Origin: Trueperaceae bacterium
GTDB taxonomy: Bacteria; Deinococcota; Deinococci; Deinococcales; Trueperaceae
Assembly: GCA_965214405.1 (NCBI GenBank)
Contig: OZ243956.1
Span: forward strand, 896,001 to 960,000
DNA: 64,000 nt
Direction of reading: 5' to 3'
The position numbers and the translations under genes were made by a program. Below, piece after piece: positions 41,291-50,804 of this stretch. Under the pieces are notes generated by a model. The model worked only from the letters and a program-made list of their open reading frames with translations. It had not been told where the DNA came from and searched no databases. Position 1 is the first letter of the stretch. Each line of letters starts with the position of its first letter.

Positions 41291-43318
41291 TTACCTTAGA
41301 CAGGACTCGCTTTCGCTCGTCAGCGCTCCTCCAGCCGAGGGGGGCGGGACAAGGAGGTAGGCGTCCACCTGTGGGGCGGGCATGGGCCTAGCGAACAAGA
41401 AGCCCTGCATGAGCGTGCAACCCAGCGAGCAAAAGGTGTCGCGCTGCTCTTGTGTCTCGACGCCCTCGACCACCACCTGAACCCCGAGCGCCGCGGCGAT
41501 GTCGACCACCGCGCGCACGACGGCGATGGGAACCTGGGGGTCGTGCGCTCCGGTGAGCTTTTGCGCGAAAGAGCGGTCGAGCTTGATGGTGTCGAAGTCG
41601 AGCGCCTCAAGGTAAGCGAGCGACGAGTAGCCGGTGCCGAAGTCGTCTAAGGAAACAGCCACCCCGTACGCCCTTAGTTTTTGCAAACACGCCTGCACCC
41701 GCCCAAACGCGTGGACGACGACCGACTCGGTAAGCTCGAGCTCGAGACACCCCGGGGGCAACCCCGCCTCCCGCAGCGCGCCCGCCACCACCTCGGCGAA
41801 GTCGGGCTGCATAAACTGGTGCGCGGAAACGTTGACGCAAACTTTGAGTTCGGTAAAGCCGCCCTCGTACCAGAGGCGCGCCTGCTGGCACGCGCGGCGC
41901 AGCGCCCAGGTGCCCAGCGGGTGGATGAGCCCGACCTCTTCCGCGATAGGGATAAACTCACCCGGCGAGACCCAGCCGCGCGCCTCGTTCTGCCAGCGGA
42001 GCAGCGCCTCGACCTTGACGACCCGGCCGGTCGTAGCGTCGACGACCGGCTGGTAGAAAAGTGACAGGCCGGACGCTCCACCGGACGCTCCACCCAGCAC
42101 CGCCCGCCTGAGCTCCTGCGCCAGCGCGGCGCGGTCTTTGAATCCTGAACCGTCTGCGGACCTAAAATGCCGGACGCCGTTCTTGCCGTTCTTTTTGACC
42201 TCGTACATGGCGGCGTCTGCGCGCCTTAGCAGGTCTTTGGGCGTCACGCCCTCAGAAAGAACGTCATGACAGACCGCGATGCCGATACTCGCCGAGACCG
42301 AAATCAGGTGGCGCTCGAGCGCGACCGGCTGCTCGAGCGCCGCGCGAAAGCGTTCACCCTCCTTGTAAACATCTGCACGGGTGTTCAAGGCGTCCGCACG
42401 ACCGGACCTGGGCAGGTCCGGGTAGACGACGACAAACTCGTCCCCGCTTATGCGGTGTACCAACCCGCTGCACCCCACCGCCTCTTGCAGGCGCGCGGCG
42501 ACGGTTTTTAGCAGCGCGTCCCCCGCCTCGTGACCCAACGAATCGTTAACCGATTTGAAGCCGTCGACGTCGATAAAAAACACCGCCACGCCTCCGGCAG
42601 AACCGGCAGAACCGGCAAAAGGTGGCTCGAGGGTGCTGGCGAGCGCCCCCTCGAGCGCGAGTCGGTTGGGGAGCCCGGTCAGCGCGTCGGTGTAGGCGAG
42701 ACGGTGCAACGTCTCCAGACGCGAGCTTTCCCGGGCGCTCGCCTCTTTGAAACCCATAAAGACCTGCATCACCCCGAAGAGCGTCGCGTTCGCCAGCGCG
42801 AGCTCGACCAGCGCGTAGACGACGCCCCAGTTTTCGCCCAGCCACACGTTGGGAACGACGTAGCTGGCAATGACGCCCGTAGAGAGCGCGAAAAATCCCA
42901 GGGCGACGGCGCGCCCCCATTTCAAGCCCGGCACGAACAAACCCAGGATGTACACCGTGGGCATCCAGAAGAAGGTCTCGGTCAGCTCGGCGTGAATAAG
43001 GTCCGCGTGGGGGTTGAAAAAAAGTAAGAAGACGAGCTTACCCAGAAGGTGACAGCAGACAACCCCGAGGACGCCGTAAAGCGTGCTCCTCGTGCTGAGT
43101 TTTCTTGTAAGGTGCAGCGTCCATAGCGCGGCAAAGAGGGCGATGACGCCGGTATAGGTCATGAGGTCAAAAAGGCTCACCTGCCCGCTCGGCTTCTCTA
43201 AAAAGAGAGCGATGAGGTAGGCGCACGCGGCGGTGGGCAGCGCGGCGAGGACGCTGTAGTAAAGACCGTCCTCTTCAAAGCGTGCTTTCAAGATGTCGAA
43301 GTGGAGAACGGCCTTCAT
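41291..43318 (-). CDS. membrane-bound GGDEF-EAL protein
   Basis: About 6 N-terminal TM helices, DALTGLPNR, SGDEF, VEALLRW, DDFGTGYSSL; TACGCT-6nt-ATG. Confidence 0.93.
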   Translation of the reverse strand: MKAVLHFDILKARFEEDGLYYSVLAALPTAACAYLIALFLEKPSGQVSLFDLMTYTGVIALFAALWTLHLTRKLSTRSTLYGVLGVVCCHLLGKLVFLLFFNPHADLIHAELTETFFWMPTVYILGLFVPGLKWGRAVALGFFALSTGVIASYVVPNVWLGENWGVVYALVELALANATLFGVMQVFMGFKEASARESSRLETLHRLAYTDALTGLPNRLALEGALASTLEPPFAGSAGSAGGVAVFFIDVDGFKSVNDSLGHEAGDALLKTVAARLQEAVGCSGLVHRISGDEFVVVYPDLPRSGRADALNTRADVYKEGERFRAALEQPVALERHLISVSASIGIAVCHDVLSEGVTPKDLLRRADAAMYEVKKNGKNGVRHFRSADGSGFKDRAALAQELRRAVLGGASGGASGLSLFYQPVVDATTGRVVKVEALLRWQNEARGWVSPGEFIPIAEEVGLIHPLGTWALRRACQQARLWYEGGFTELKVCVNVSAHQFMQPDFAEVVAGALREAGLPPGCLELELTESVVVHAFGRVQACLQKLRAYGVAVSLDDFGTGYSSLAYLEALDFDTIKLDRSFAQKLTGAHDPQVPIAVVRAVVDIAAALGVQVVVEGVETQEQRDTFCSLGCTLMQGFLFARPMPAPQVDAYLLVPPPSAGGALTSESESCLR

Positions 43319-43482
43319 GAGAAGAGCGTAGCGGAATCCGTCTTACAGGGCTCTTAATCACGTTTCGGGATGTGAAATCTCTTACACGCACCTTTTTCAT
43401 CCGCTCTTACCATGCAGAAGATTCCCGACTCGGGCGCTCGAGGGCCACCACGTAAGGGGCGCGACCGGCTTATAGGGACCAA

Positions 43483-43608
43483 CATCGTCAAGGCTATATC
43501 GTCAGGGTCATATCAGCTAGGTTGTACCGGCTGGGTTGTACCGGCTGGGTTGTACCGGCTGGGTTGTACCGGCTGGGTTGTGCCGGTCAGGCCGTAGCGG
43601 CTCGAGAG
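43483..43608. repeat. 14-bp tandem repeat (4 perfect TACCGGCTGGGTTG units flanked by degenerate units)
   Basis: Perfect units at 43525-43580; the 14-nt period continues with drift on both sides. Confidence 0.9.
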
Positions 43609-43617
43609 GGGACAAGG

Positions 43618-44916
43618 ATGAACTGGGGAAGAGCGAAACTGGGTGGGTTGGGTGTGGCGGTCGTTCTAGGAGCGCTTCTTAGCGGTTGCGGCGTCCGTGC
43701 GCCCGCGCCCCAGCAACCAGCACACAGCTATGACTATTCACTCAGCGTCGACGTAGGTCCGCATGATTCCAAAGAGGCCGTCGGGGCGCTCTACGGCGGC
43801 GACGTGGTCGTCTGGCAGCCCGAGGCGGGCTTTGCGGTGGTGGGGCTTAGCGGCCCTGTCCTGAGCACGTTGTCGGATGGCGGCGCAGGCGGAAATGCAG
43901 ACGAGAACAAAGGGGTCATGAGCGTCCCGGAAGCGTCGTCGCGTGGTGCCTGGAGTAGTGGGTACAGCGCCTGGGCGGGCGGCTGGGACGCGTGGTCGGG
44001 TGGCCGTGACGTCTGGGCGGGTGGACGCGATGTGTGGGCTGACGGTCAGCCCAACACCTTTGCAGAAAACCTCGGCGTTTGGGACCAGATCAATTTACCC
44101 GAAGGTCAGGCGCTCGCGCCTCACCTGGGGGCGGGTGTTAAAGTGGCGGTCATCGACACGGGTATCGACCTCTCGCATCCCGCTTTCGCCGGTAAGCTCG
44201 CCCCGCGTGACGAATGGATAGACTTTGTCGGTGAGGACGCCTATCCGGCTGAAGTCAACGGGTCAGCTTACGGCCACGGCACCGGCGTGGCGGGCGTGAT
44301 CGTGCAGGTCGCGCCCAACGTGACGATTTTGCCCCTGCGCGTTCTCGACCCAGACGGCTCGGGCGACCTTATCGACGTCACGGTTGCGGTTGTCTGGGCG
44401 GTCGCGCAGGGCGCGGACGTGATCAACCTCTCGCTGGGGTCGGATACGGACTTCCGCACACTCAAAGATGTTCTCCGGTACGCCAAGCAAGAGGGGGTTA
44501 TCGTCGTCGCCTCGGCGGGTAACAGCGGACAAGAGAGTGTGGAGTACCCGGCGCGTTATAGCGCGGAGGTGATTGGTGTCGGCAGTGTTGACGCGCATGA
44601 TATTAAGTCAAGCTTCTCTTCCTGGGGCAAAGGGCTCAAGCTCCTGGCACCCGGCGAAAACATCCTTACGCCCGCCCCCGAACGCAGCCTCGCCTCCTGG
44701 AGCGGCACCTCGTTCGCCGCGCCTATGGTGACCGGCAGCTTGGCGCTCGCGCTCGGCGAGGCGAAAGGAAACCCGGACGTGAACCTTGATGATTTTATCA
44801 AAGACGTAGCGAACGCGTCTGCCGACATAAGTAAGCAAGGAGGTAACGCGTCATTTGGCGAACTCGGTCACGGAAGACTCGATGTGGAAGTGTTTTTGCT
44901 CAAGGTATCAAGGTAG
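43618..44916 (+). CDS. S8 (subtilisin-like) serine peptidase, lipoprotein, with Trp heptapeptide repeats
   Basis: Lipobox LLSGC; triad VIDTG / HGTGVAG / GTSFAAP; oxyanion AGN; five GxxxW(A/S)x repeats before the catalytic domain. Confidence 0.93.
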   Translation: MNWGRAKLGGLGVAVVLGALLSGCGVRAPAPQQPAHSYDYSLSVDVGPHDSKEAVGALYGGDVVVWQPEAGFAVVGLSGPVLSTLSDGGAGGNADENKGVMSVPEASSRGAWSSGYSAWAGGWDAWSGGRDVWAGGRDVWADGQPNTFAENLGVWDQINLPEGQALAPHLGAGVKVAVIDTGIDLSHPAFAGKLAPRDEWIDFVGEDAYPAEVNGSAYGHGTGVAGVIVQVAPNVTILPLRVLDPDGSGDLIDVTVAVVWAVAQGADVINLSLGSDTDFRTLKDVLRYAKQEGVIVVASAGNSGQESVEYPARYSAEVIGVGSVDAHDIKSSFSSWGKGLKLLAPGENILTPAPERSLASWSGTSFAAPMVTGSLALALGEAKGNPDVNLDDFIKDVANASADISKQGGNASFGELGHGRLDVEVFLLKVSR

Positions 44917-45045
44917 CCTGATGTTGGGGGACCATCGGCTTGAACGTAGTCTTGACGTACTTGTCATCCTGAAACTTTACGTCGGATAGAGGCGCTAACC
45001 CAAACCGGGGTACGCCTTGTCTACACGTCTGTCTACACCCTAAAT

Positions 45046-46815
45046 CTATACTCTGACCTGATTTTTCCCGTTGCGCTTGGCTTCGTAGAGTTTTGCGTCG
45101 GCCCGATGAAGGAGTTCATGACCTTCGCTAAGACCGTGTGAGAGGCCGACGCTGATGGTGACGCGCAAACCGGGTGCGACCTCCTCCCAGGGGTAAGCTT
45201 CGACCTCTTTGCGGATGTGCTCGCACACGCGCGCGGCCTCTTGCAGCGCGGTTTCGGGAAAGACGATGACGAGCTCTTCGCCGCCGTAGCGGGCAACCGT
45301 GTCGACTTTACGCGCGCCCGCCTCGAGCAGGCGCGCCACCCTTTTGAGCACTTCGTCGCCCACCTGGTGAGAAAAAGCGTCGTTAACCCTCTTGAAATCG
45401 TCGATATCGAAAACCGCAACGTTGAGAGGAACGCGCGACCGCTGCCCCCTCTCAAACTCGCGCCCCAACTGCGCGTCTAGATAGCGCCGGTTGTAAAGCC
45501 CGGTGAGACCGTCGCAGTTGGCCTGCGCCCTGAGCTGCTCCAACAGGAGCGACTTCTCCTCGTTGGCTCTTTCCAAAGACGTCGTGAGCGCGTCGAGTCG
45601 CCCGATGGCGTTCGCCAACTCGACGTTTTTGAGGCGGTAGATCTCTCGCTCCTGTACGGCTTGCTCAACTTCAAAGCGGGCCTTGGCACCGTAAAGCCTG
45701 AGGTCGGACGACTGATTATACACCGCGTCTTTGACGTTCACATAATGCTCCAAATGAACGCAAGCTTCGCGGAACTGCCGGTTGAGCTTGTGGGCTTCAG
45801 CGAGCGCCTGGTGCGCCTTGTAAACCTCGGCCTGCGCCTCGGCGCGTTGCGCCTTGGCGAGTCCTTCGTGCAGCACGTCGAGAGCACCCTCAATGTGACC
45901 CTGACGGATGTAAAGGTGACCCAGGTGGATACACGTCTCAGCCTCACCTTTTTGGTCACCGACCTCTTTTTTTGTGGCCCAGCTCCTGTGAAAGCACAAG
46001 CTGGCGTCATCGACGTTTCCCACGTATAAATAAATGCGCCCGAGGTCGTCCAATACGTAGCTGGCCTCGAGCCTGTCCCCTAAGTTTTCTAAGATCTCCA
46101 AACTTTCTTTGGCGTACTCGAGCGCCTGCTCGTGAGCCCCCAACACCAAGTGCGTGCGCGCAAGCTGGTTGAGGAGAACCGCGCGGGTGTGTTCGTCCGG
46201 ATTCCCCGCCAGAGCACTCAAAAAATGTTCCAGTGCGTCGCCGTAACGACCAAGTTCATAGTAGACTCTGCCCGCGTTGGTGTACCTTGCGGGGTCTTGA
46301 ACCAACCTCAAGCTCTCGAGCTGAGCCTCTAGCGCGCTCGCATAATCGCCAAAGTGGATGTAGATGATGCCAATGTTGTTGAGCGCGTCGGCTTCGCCCG
46401 CTTCGTCACCCAGTTCAGCGCAGAGTTTTTGGGTTGTAAGAAACGTTTTTAGGGCTTCGCGCAGGTTGCCGGACTGACCATAAATTATACCCAAAGTGTT
46501 GAGCGCCTTACGCACGCCCTCATTGTTTTCCAAGCTCTCAAAAAGCTCCAAGGCGCTCTGCGTTTTGCTTAGCGCCGTCTCGAGCTTGGCGAGCTGAGCG
46601 TAACAGCGGCCCTGCGCAAGCAAACTCTGCGCCTGTCCCAAGGGGTACGCCGCAGCTTGCGCGAGGATAAAAGCGTCCTGACTCAGTGAGAGAGCCTGCT
46701 TCGCGTCAGCACGCCTGAGGTCCCACGCCTGCTTGTTGAGCGCGTCTATATCTAGCAGTGTGGGGTTTGGCAGGGTCGTGTTTTGCAAGCTCATGGCTTT
46801 GTCCATAAATGGCAC
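45046..46815 (-). CDS. TPR-repeat diguanylate cyclase
   Basis: Multiple TPRs (ALNTLGIIY, ALNNIGIIY), coiled coil, DGLTGLYNRR, RKVD I-site, RYGGEEL; start may be 46806 or 46794. Confidence 0.92.
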   Translation of the reverse strand: MPFMDKAMSLQNTTLPNPTLLDIDALNKQAWDLRRADAKQALSLSQDAFILAQAAAYPLGQAQSLLAQGRCYAQLAKLETALSKTQSALELFESLENNEGVRKALNTLGIIYGQSGNLREALKTFLTTQKLCAELGDEAGEADALNNIGIIYIHFGDYASALEAQLESLRLVQDPARYTNAGRVYYELGRYGDALEHFLSALAGNPDEHTRAVLLNQLARTHLVLGAHEQALEYAKESLEILENLGDRLEASYVLDDLGRIYLYVGNVDDASLCFHRSWATKKEVGDQKGEAETCIHLGHLYIRQGHIEGALDVLHEGLAKAQRAEAQAEVYKAHQALAEAHKLNRQFREACVHLEHYVNVKDAVYNQSSDLRLYGAKARFEVEQAVQEREIYRLKNVELANAIGRLDALTTSLERANEEKSLLLEQLRAQANCDGLTGLYNRRYLDAQLGREFERGQRSRVPLNVAVFDIDDFKRVNDAFSHQVGDEVLKRVARLLEAGARKVDTVARYGGEELVIVFPETALQEAARVCEHIRKEVEAYPWEEVAPGLRVTISVGLSHGLSEGHELLHRADAKLYEAKRNGKNQVRV

Positions 46816-47158
46816 CCTAAGTCATCCGCAATCCTACTACGCAGAAGCCGGGGAGGTTTTTCTACCGCCGGAACACCATAAAAATCCGCTTTTATCAAGC
46901 GTCTCTTTTGTGGCGACTCATTTACAAAGATTCACGCAACGTGAGTCGAGGTCGGGGCGCGTTAGACGCTGTTGCTTAAACGGTTCCATTAAGCTACTGC
47001 CGTCAAGCTAAGGTCAAGCGGTCGCCGCCGAATGCTACCGTTAAAACATAGCGGTTGGAACAGCGGTTAAAACACGGTCGGCAGGTCATAGCGGTTTTAG
47101 GCCCTACCGGGTCTGCAGCCGTCGCTATCACCTTGAACTGCTTTTTGGATAATAGCAC

Positions 47159-48297
47159 ATGAGCCGAATCACGCTCGAGAGTAACGAGGTAACCCTCATG
47201 CTGGGGCGTACACGCTCTAAACAAGTGGTGCGTGTCCTGGACGGGGCGTTCGAGACGTTTTTGTTGGCGCTTCACAAGCGTCTGGCGCTCCCGCCCGGCG
47301 CGGAGGTGGGCGTCGCGCCCGAGATTCTGCTCAGCGTGCTCGAGCGGCGCGGGCGGTGGCGCGAGGCCTTGGAGGTCGCCGCCGAGCACGCGCCGGAGCG
47401 GGTGGCGGGGCTGCTCGAGCACGCGGGCGAGGTGTATCTGGAGCGCGGGCTCTACGGGCGGCTGTGGGAGGTGCTGGCGGGGCTGCCGGAAAGCCAGTCA
47501 AAAACCCAGTCAAAAACCCAGTCAGAAAACCCGTCGGAAACACCGGAAGATGCGCACGTTCTCACCTGGCGGCTGCGGGCGGCGAAGCGGCTCGGCCATG
47601 TGGACGAACTCAGAGAAACGGCCGAAGCGCATTTAGACGCGCACGAAGCTCCCGACCTCCGCGCGCTTTACGCCTCGACGCTGCCCGGTGCGCGGGGGCT
47701 CACCGAGTCAGCGCGCACCTACCACGCCGCCAAAACGCCCCTGACACCGCAACACTACGGCAACGCCTTAGCGTTCCGCGGCCCCACGCGGAGTTTAGAG
47801 ATGTTTAGAGAACTCGTCACGCTCACCGAGCGCCGGGGCACCTCCTTTGAAAGGGCCACCGCCGAGATGGTGCTCGCGCTGCACCCGGAGGGCCTGAACC
47901 TGGGGCAACTTTTGCTCCTCTACGGGAAGGCAAGCCCGCCAATCTCAAGGCGACACTTTCCAAAGTCCGCGAGCTCGTCCCCGTCACGCGCCCGCCTTAC
48001 CGGCTGGCCGTTCCCTACAAGGCCGACTTTGTAGACTGCGCGCCGCGCCCGAGCTCTACCAAGGCCCCCTCCTCCCCTCTTCCGAAGCCCCCGGCGTGGT
48101 CGAGGCGCGCGAGACGCTCGAGGAGCCCTTGCGTCAAGCCGTCCTCGCTTCCGGCGACGCCGAGGCGCTGCCTAAACCTCTCTGAACGCTTCGAAGAGGA
48201 TTTAGAACTCTGGGAAGCGAGAGAGGCCCCGCCCAAGCAAGACCCCCGCCGCCCTCTGGCGGTCGCCAGACAGAAGCGGGTGCTCGAGAACTGGTAA
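47159..48297 (+). pseudogene. decayed transcriptional regulator (helical N-terminus plus HTH/activator-like C-terminus)
   Basis: Consecutive motifs LALHPEGL, NLKATLSK...PYRL...ADF, LYQGPLLPSSEAPGV and EDLELWEA lie in successively different frames; ends TAA at 48297. Confidence 0.7.
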
Positions 48298-48306
48298 GGT
48301 GGTGGC

Positions 48307-48366
48307 TAGTGGTGAGTGATGAGTGATTAGATTTTTCTAACCACTCGCCACTAATCACTCATCACT
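48307..48366. repeat. inverted heptamer-repeat hairpin at the junction of convergent genes
   Basis: AGTGATGAGTGATTAG (48315-48330) is the reverse complement of 48351-48366; built from AGTG(G/A)TG-type 7-mers. Confidence 0.7.
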
Positions 48367-50591
48367 GCCCTCACCGTGGGTCGCCCGAACAAGAAGCCCT
48401 GGGCGTAGGGGCAGCCCTCGCTTTTGAACCACTCGAGCTGCTCGTTGGTTTCCACGCCCTCGGCGACGACGGGGAGGTCTAAAGAGCGGGCGAGGGCCAG
48501 CACCGAGCGCACCAGCGCGGCCTTGCGCGGGCTCGAGACGACGCCCTGCGCGAAACTCCGGTCGAGCTTGATGAGGTCGGCGGGCAGGGTTTCAAGGAGC
48601 GCAAGCGACGAGTAGCCGGTGCCGAAATCGTCGACGGCCAAGCGCACGCCCCGCTCGCGCAAGCTCAGCAGCACCGCCGCCGTGGCGGGCTCTAAGAGCA
48701 CGCTCTCGGTGATTTCTAACAAAAGTCCGCCGGGCGGCAGACTATAGCGCGCCAGCAGCGTTTCAAAACGCCCCTGCCAGAACCCGTCTTCTAAACTTTT
48801 GGGCGACAAGTTGACGCTCAGCCAGCCGCCCTGCGGCGGGGTGGTGAGGGCGCGCTCGAGCGCAAAGGCGTCCAACTCGGCCACGAGCCCCAGCGTTTCG
48901 GCTAGCGGGACGAAGCTGCCGGGCGGCGTGCCCGCCTTGGGCCAGCGCAGGAGGCTCTCGGTGCCCACGCGCTCGCCTGTTAAGAGGCTCACCACGGGCT
49001 GAAAGGCGAGTTCAAAGTCTTGCGCGGTGATGGCGTAACGCAGCGCCGCCTCGAGCTGCAAGCGTTCTCTCTGCGCGGTACCGAGCGAGGGATGGTAAAA
49101 GGGGTCGCGCGAGCCGCCGCGCTTCACCGCGACCATCGCCAGGTCGGCCAAGCGCAAGAGGTCGTGGACGCTGCTGCCGTGCTCGGGCGCGCAGGCGATA
49201 CCCAAACTCGCGCCAAGCTTGACAAACGTGTCGCCCACCCCGTAGGAACGCCCCACACTTTCCAAAAGGCGCTCGGCGAGTTCGCGCGCCACCGCGCGGT
49301 CGCCGCCCGTGGCGAGGAGGGCGAACTCGTCGCCGCCCAACCGCACCAGCGTGTCCTCATTCCGCACCGCGCGTTTTAAGCACGCCGCCACGTCCGCAAG
49401 CAGCTTGTCACCCGCGGCGTGACCGAAGCGGTCGTTCACGCCCTTGAAGCGGTCTAAGTCGAGGTAGAAGAGCCACGCGGGCTCGCCCCCTCTCTGCGCC
49501 TCTCGCAAGCGCTTTTCGCCCACCTCGAATAAGTAGCGGCGGTTAAAAAGTCCGGTGAGCGCGTCCGTGTGGGCGAGCCGGGTCACCTCGCGTTCGTGCC
49601 GCCGCCGCTCGGTCACATCCTGGAGGATGAGCACGCGCTCGGCCCCGCGCCCGGTCGAGAGCTGCGAATGGTGCAAGAGCAGGTCGCGCTCGTTAAAACG
49701 CAGCTCGAGCGCCTCCTTCTCAGCCCCTTCCGCCCACGGCGTCACCCCCGGCAGCGCGCCAAACACCTCCGCAAAGCCCGCCCCCACCACCTCGGCGCGC
49801 GTGCGCCCCAGCAGCGCCTCGGCGGCGGGGTTCACGTCCACGACCTCGCCCTTGCGGCCCACGACCACCACCCCGTCGCTCATCGTCTCGAACACCTGCG
49901 CGCGGGCGCTCGGCAGCGGGTCGGGCTCGCGCAAGCCGAAGAGCGCCAGTCCCCAGAGCGGCAGCGCCAGCCCGAACCCGAGCGGGGTGAGGTCGATAAT
50001 GAGCGACGGGCGCAGCACATAGGCGAGGTTGAAAAACCAGGGCAGCAGCAGGCCCCCCAATAGCGCGACCGCCTGACGCCGCCGCGACATCCCACCCAGC
50101 GCCCGCCACACGAGGACGAAAAACCCCGTCAACAACAGGCCGTACGAATAACCCGTGTGAACCCAGAAGAGGGGGCCGTAAGTCGCTTCTAACGGGTGGA
50201 GCCCGCCCGGCGCAACCGCGACCGTCCTCCAAAAGAGGCCGTGGCGCGCGTTCGTCAAGACCGCCAGAAGGCTAAACGCGGGCACCGCGAAAAGGGCCAG
50301 CGTGAGAGCCGTGGCGGCGGCCGAAGATAAGCGCACCTGCGTGTGGCGCAGCACCAACAGCAAGACGAGCGGCGGCGCGGCGACGACGCCTACGTACTCG
50401 AGCCGCACCCACCACAACGTCTCCGCCAAGGAGGGGCTGAGCAGTTCAAAGCCGTAGCAGCCCGCCCAGATAGAGAGCGCCAAGCCGAGAAAGCCGTAAA
50501 CTTTTGCCCCCGGCACCCCTTGAAAAAACCCGTAGAGCGCCAGCACCAATGCCTTGCTCGCCACGATAAAGGAGAAAATGGGCCAAAACAT
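48351..50591 (-). CDS. HisKA_7TM-PAS-GGDEF-EAL protein
   Basis: 7TM sensor motifs (LTNARHGLFW, GPLFWVHTGYSY, DLTPLGF), PAS (VVDVNPAAE), GGDEF, ESLLRW, DDFGTGYSSL; start 50591 or 50621. Confidence 0.92.
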   Translation of the reverse strand: MFWPIFSFIVASKALVLALYGFFQGVPGAKVYGFLGLALSIWAGCYGFELLSPSLAETLWWVRLEYVGVVAAPPLVLLLVLRHTQVRLSSAAATALTLALFAVPAFSLLAVLTNARHGLFWRTVAVAPGGLHPLEATYGPLFWVHTGYSYGLLLTGFFVLVWRALGGMSRRRQAVALLGGLLLPWFFNLAYVLRPSLIIDLTPLGFGLALPLWGLALFGLREPDPLPSARAQVFETMSDGVVVVGRKGEVVDVNPAAEALLGRTRAEVVGAGFAEVFGALPGVTPWAEGAEKEALELRFNERDLLLHHSQLSTGRGAERVLILQDVTERRRHEREVTRLAHTDALTGLFNRRYLFEVGEKRLREAQRGGEPAWLFYLDLDRFKGVNDRFGHAAGDKLLADVAACLKRAVRNEDTLVRLGGDEFALLATGGDRAVARELAERLLESVGRSYGVGDTFVKLGASLGIACAPEHGSSVHDLLRLADLAMVAVKRGGSRDPFYHPSLGTAQRERLQLEAALRYAITAQDFELAFQPVVSLLTGERVGTESLLRWPKAGTPPGSFVPLAETLGLVAELDAFALERALTTPPQGGWLSVNLSPKSLEDGFWQGRFETLLARYSLPPGGLLLEITESVLLEPATAAVLLSLRERGVRLAVDDFGTGYSSLALLETLPADLIKLDRSFAQGVVSSPRKAALVRSVLALARSLDLPVVAEGVETNEQLEWFKSEGCPYAQGFLFGRPTVRAVMSD

Positions 50592-50744
50592 GCCCCCAGT
50601 GTGTACCAGGCGGGCGGACATTACCAGCCTGAGGCGGCGAAAAATGAGAAATGTAAGATTTTCAACAGTTCCACCCTGAACGGTTTCGCTTCAGCCAACG
50701 CCCCTTGCCAGCAGTCGATGGTCTTACGGGCGCAACCTGCCGAC

Positions 50745-50772
50745 AGGTCGTGAAGAATTCTTCACGACCTAC
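50745..50772. repeat. perfect 26-bp palindrome with GTAG foot (REP-like)
   Basis: AGGTCGTGAAGAATTCTTCACGACCT followed by AC (reads GTAGG... on the minus strand). Confidence 0.7.
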
Positions 50773-50804
50773 TAAAACTCCTCTTCCCCACACCTCTGGA
50801 TTAT

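Noticed and set aside
43520..43590. Possible CRISPR array
   Set aside because: Units are 14 bp and contiguous with no spacers, and no cas genes are present; it is a tandem repeat.
43522..43617. N-terminal extension of the subtilase in the ORF track
   Set aside because: It is just the translated tandem repeat; the lipoprotein signal starts at ATG 43618.
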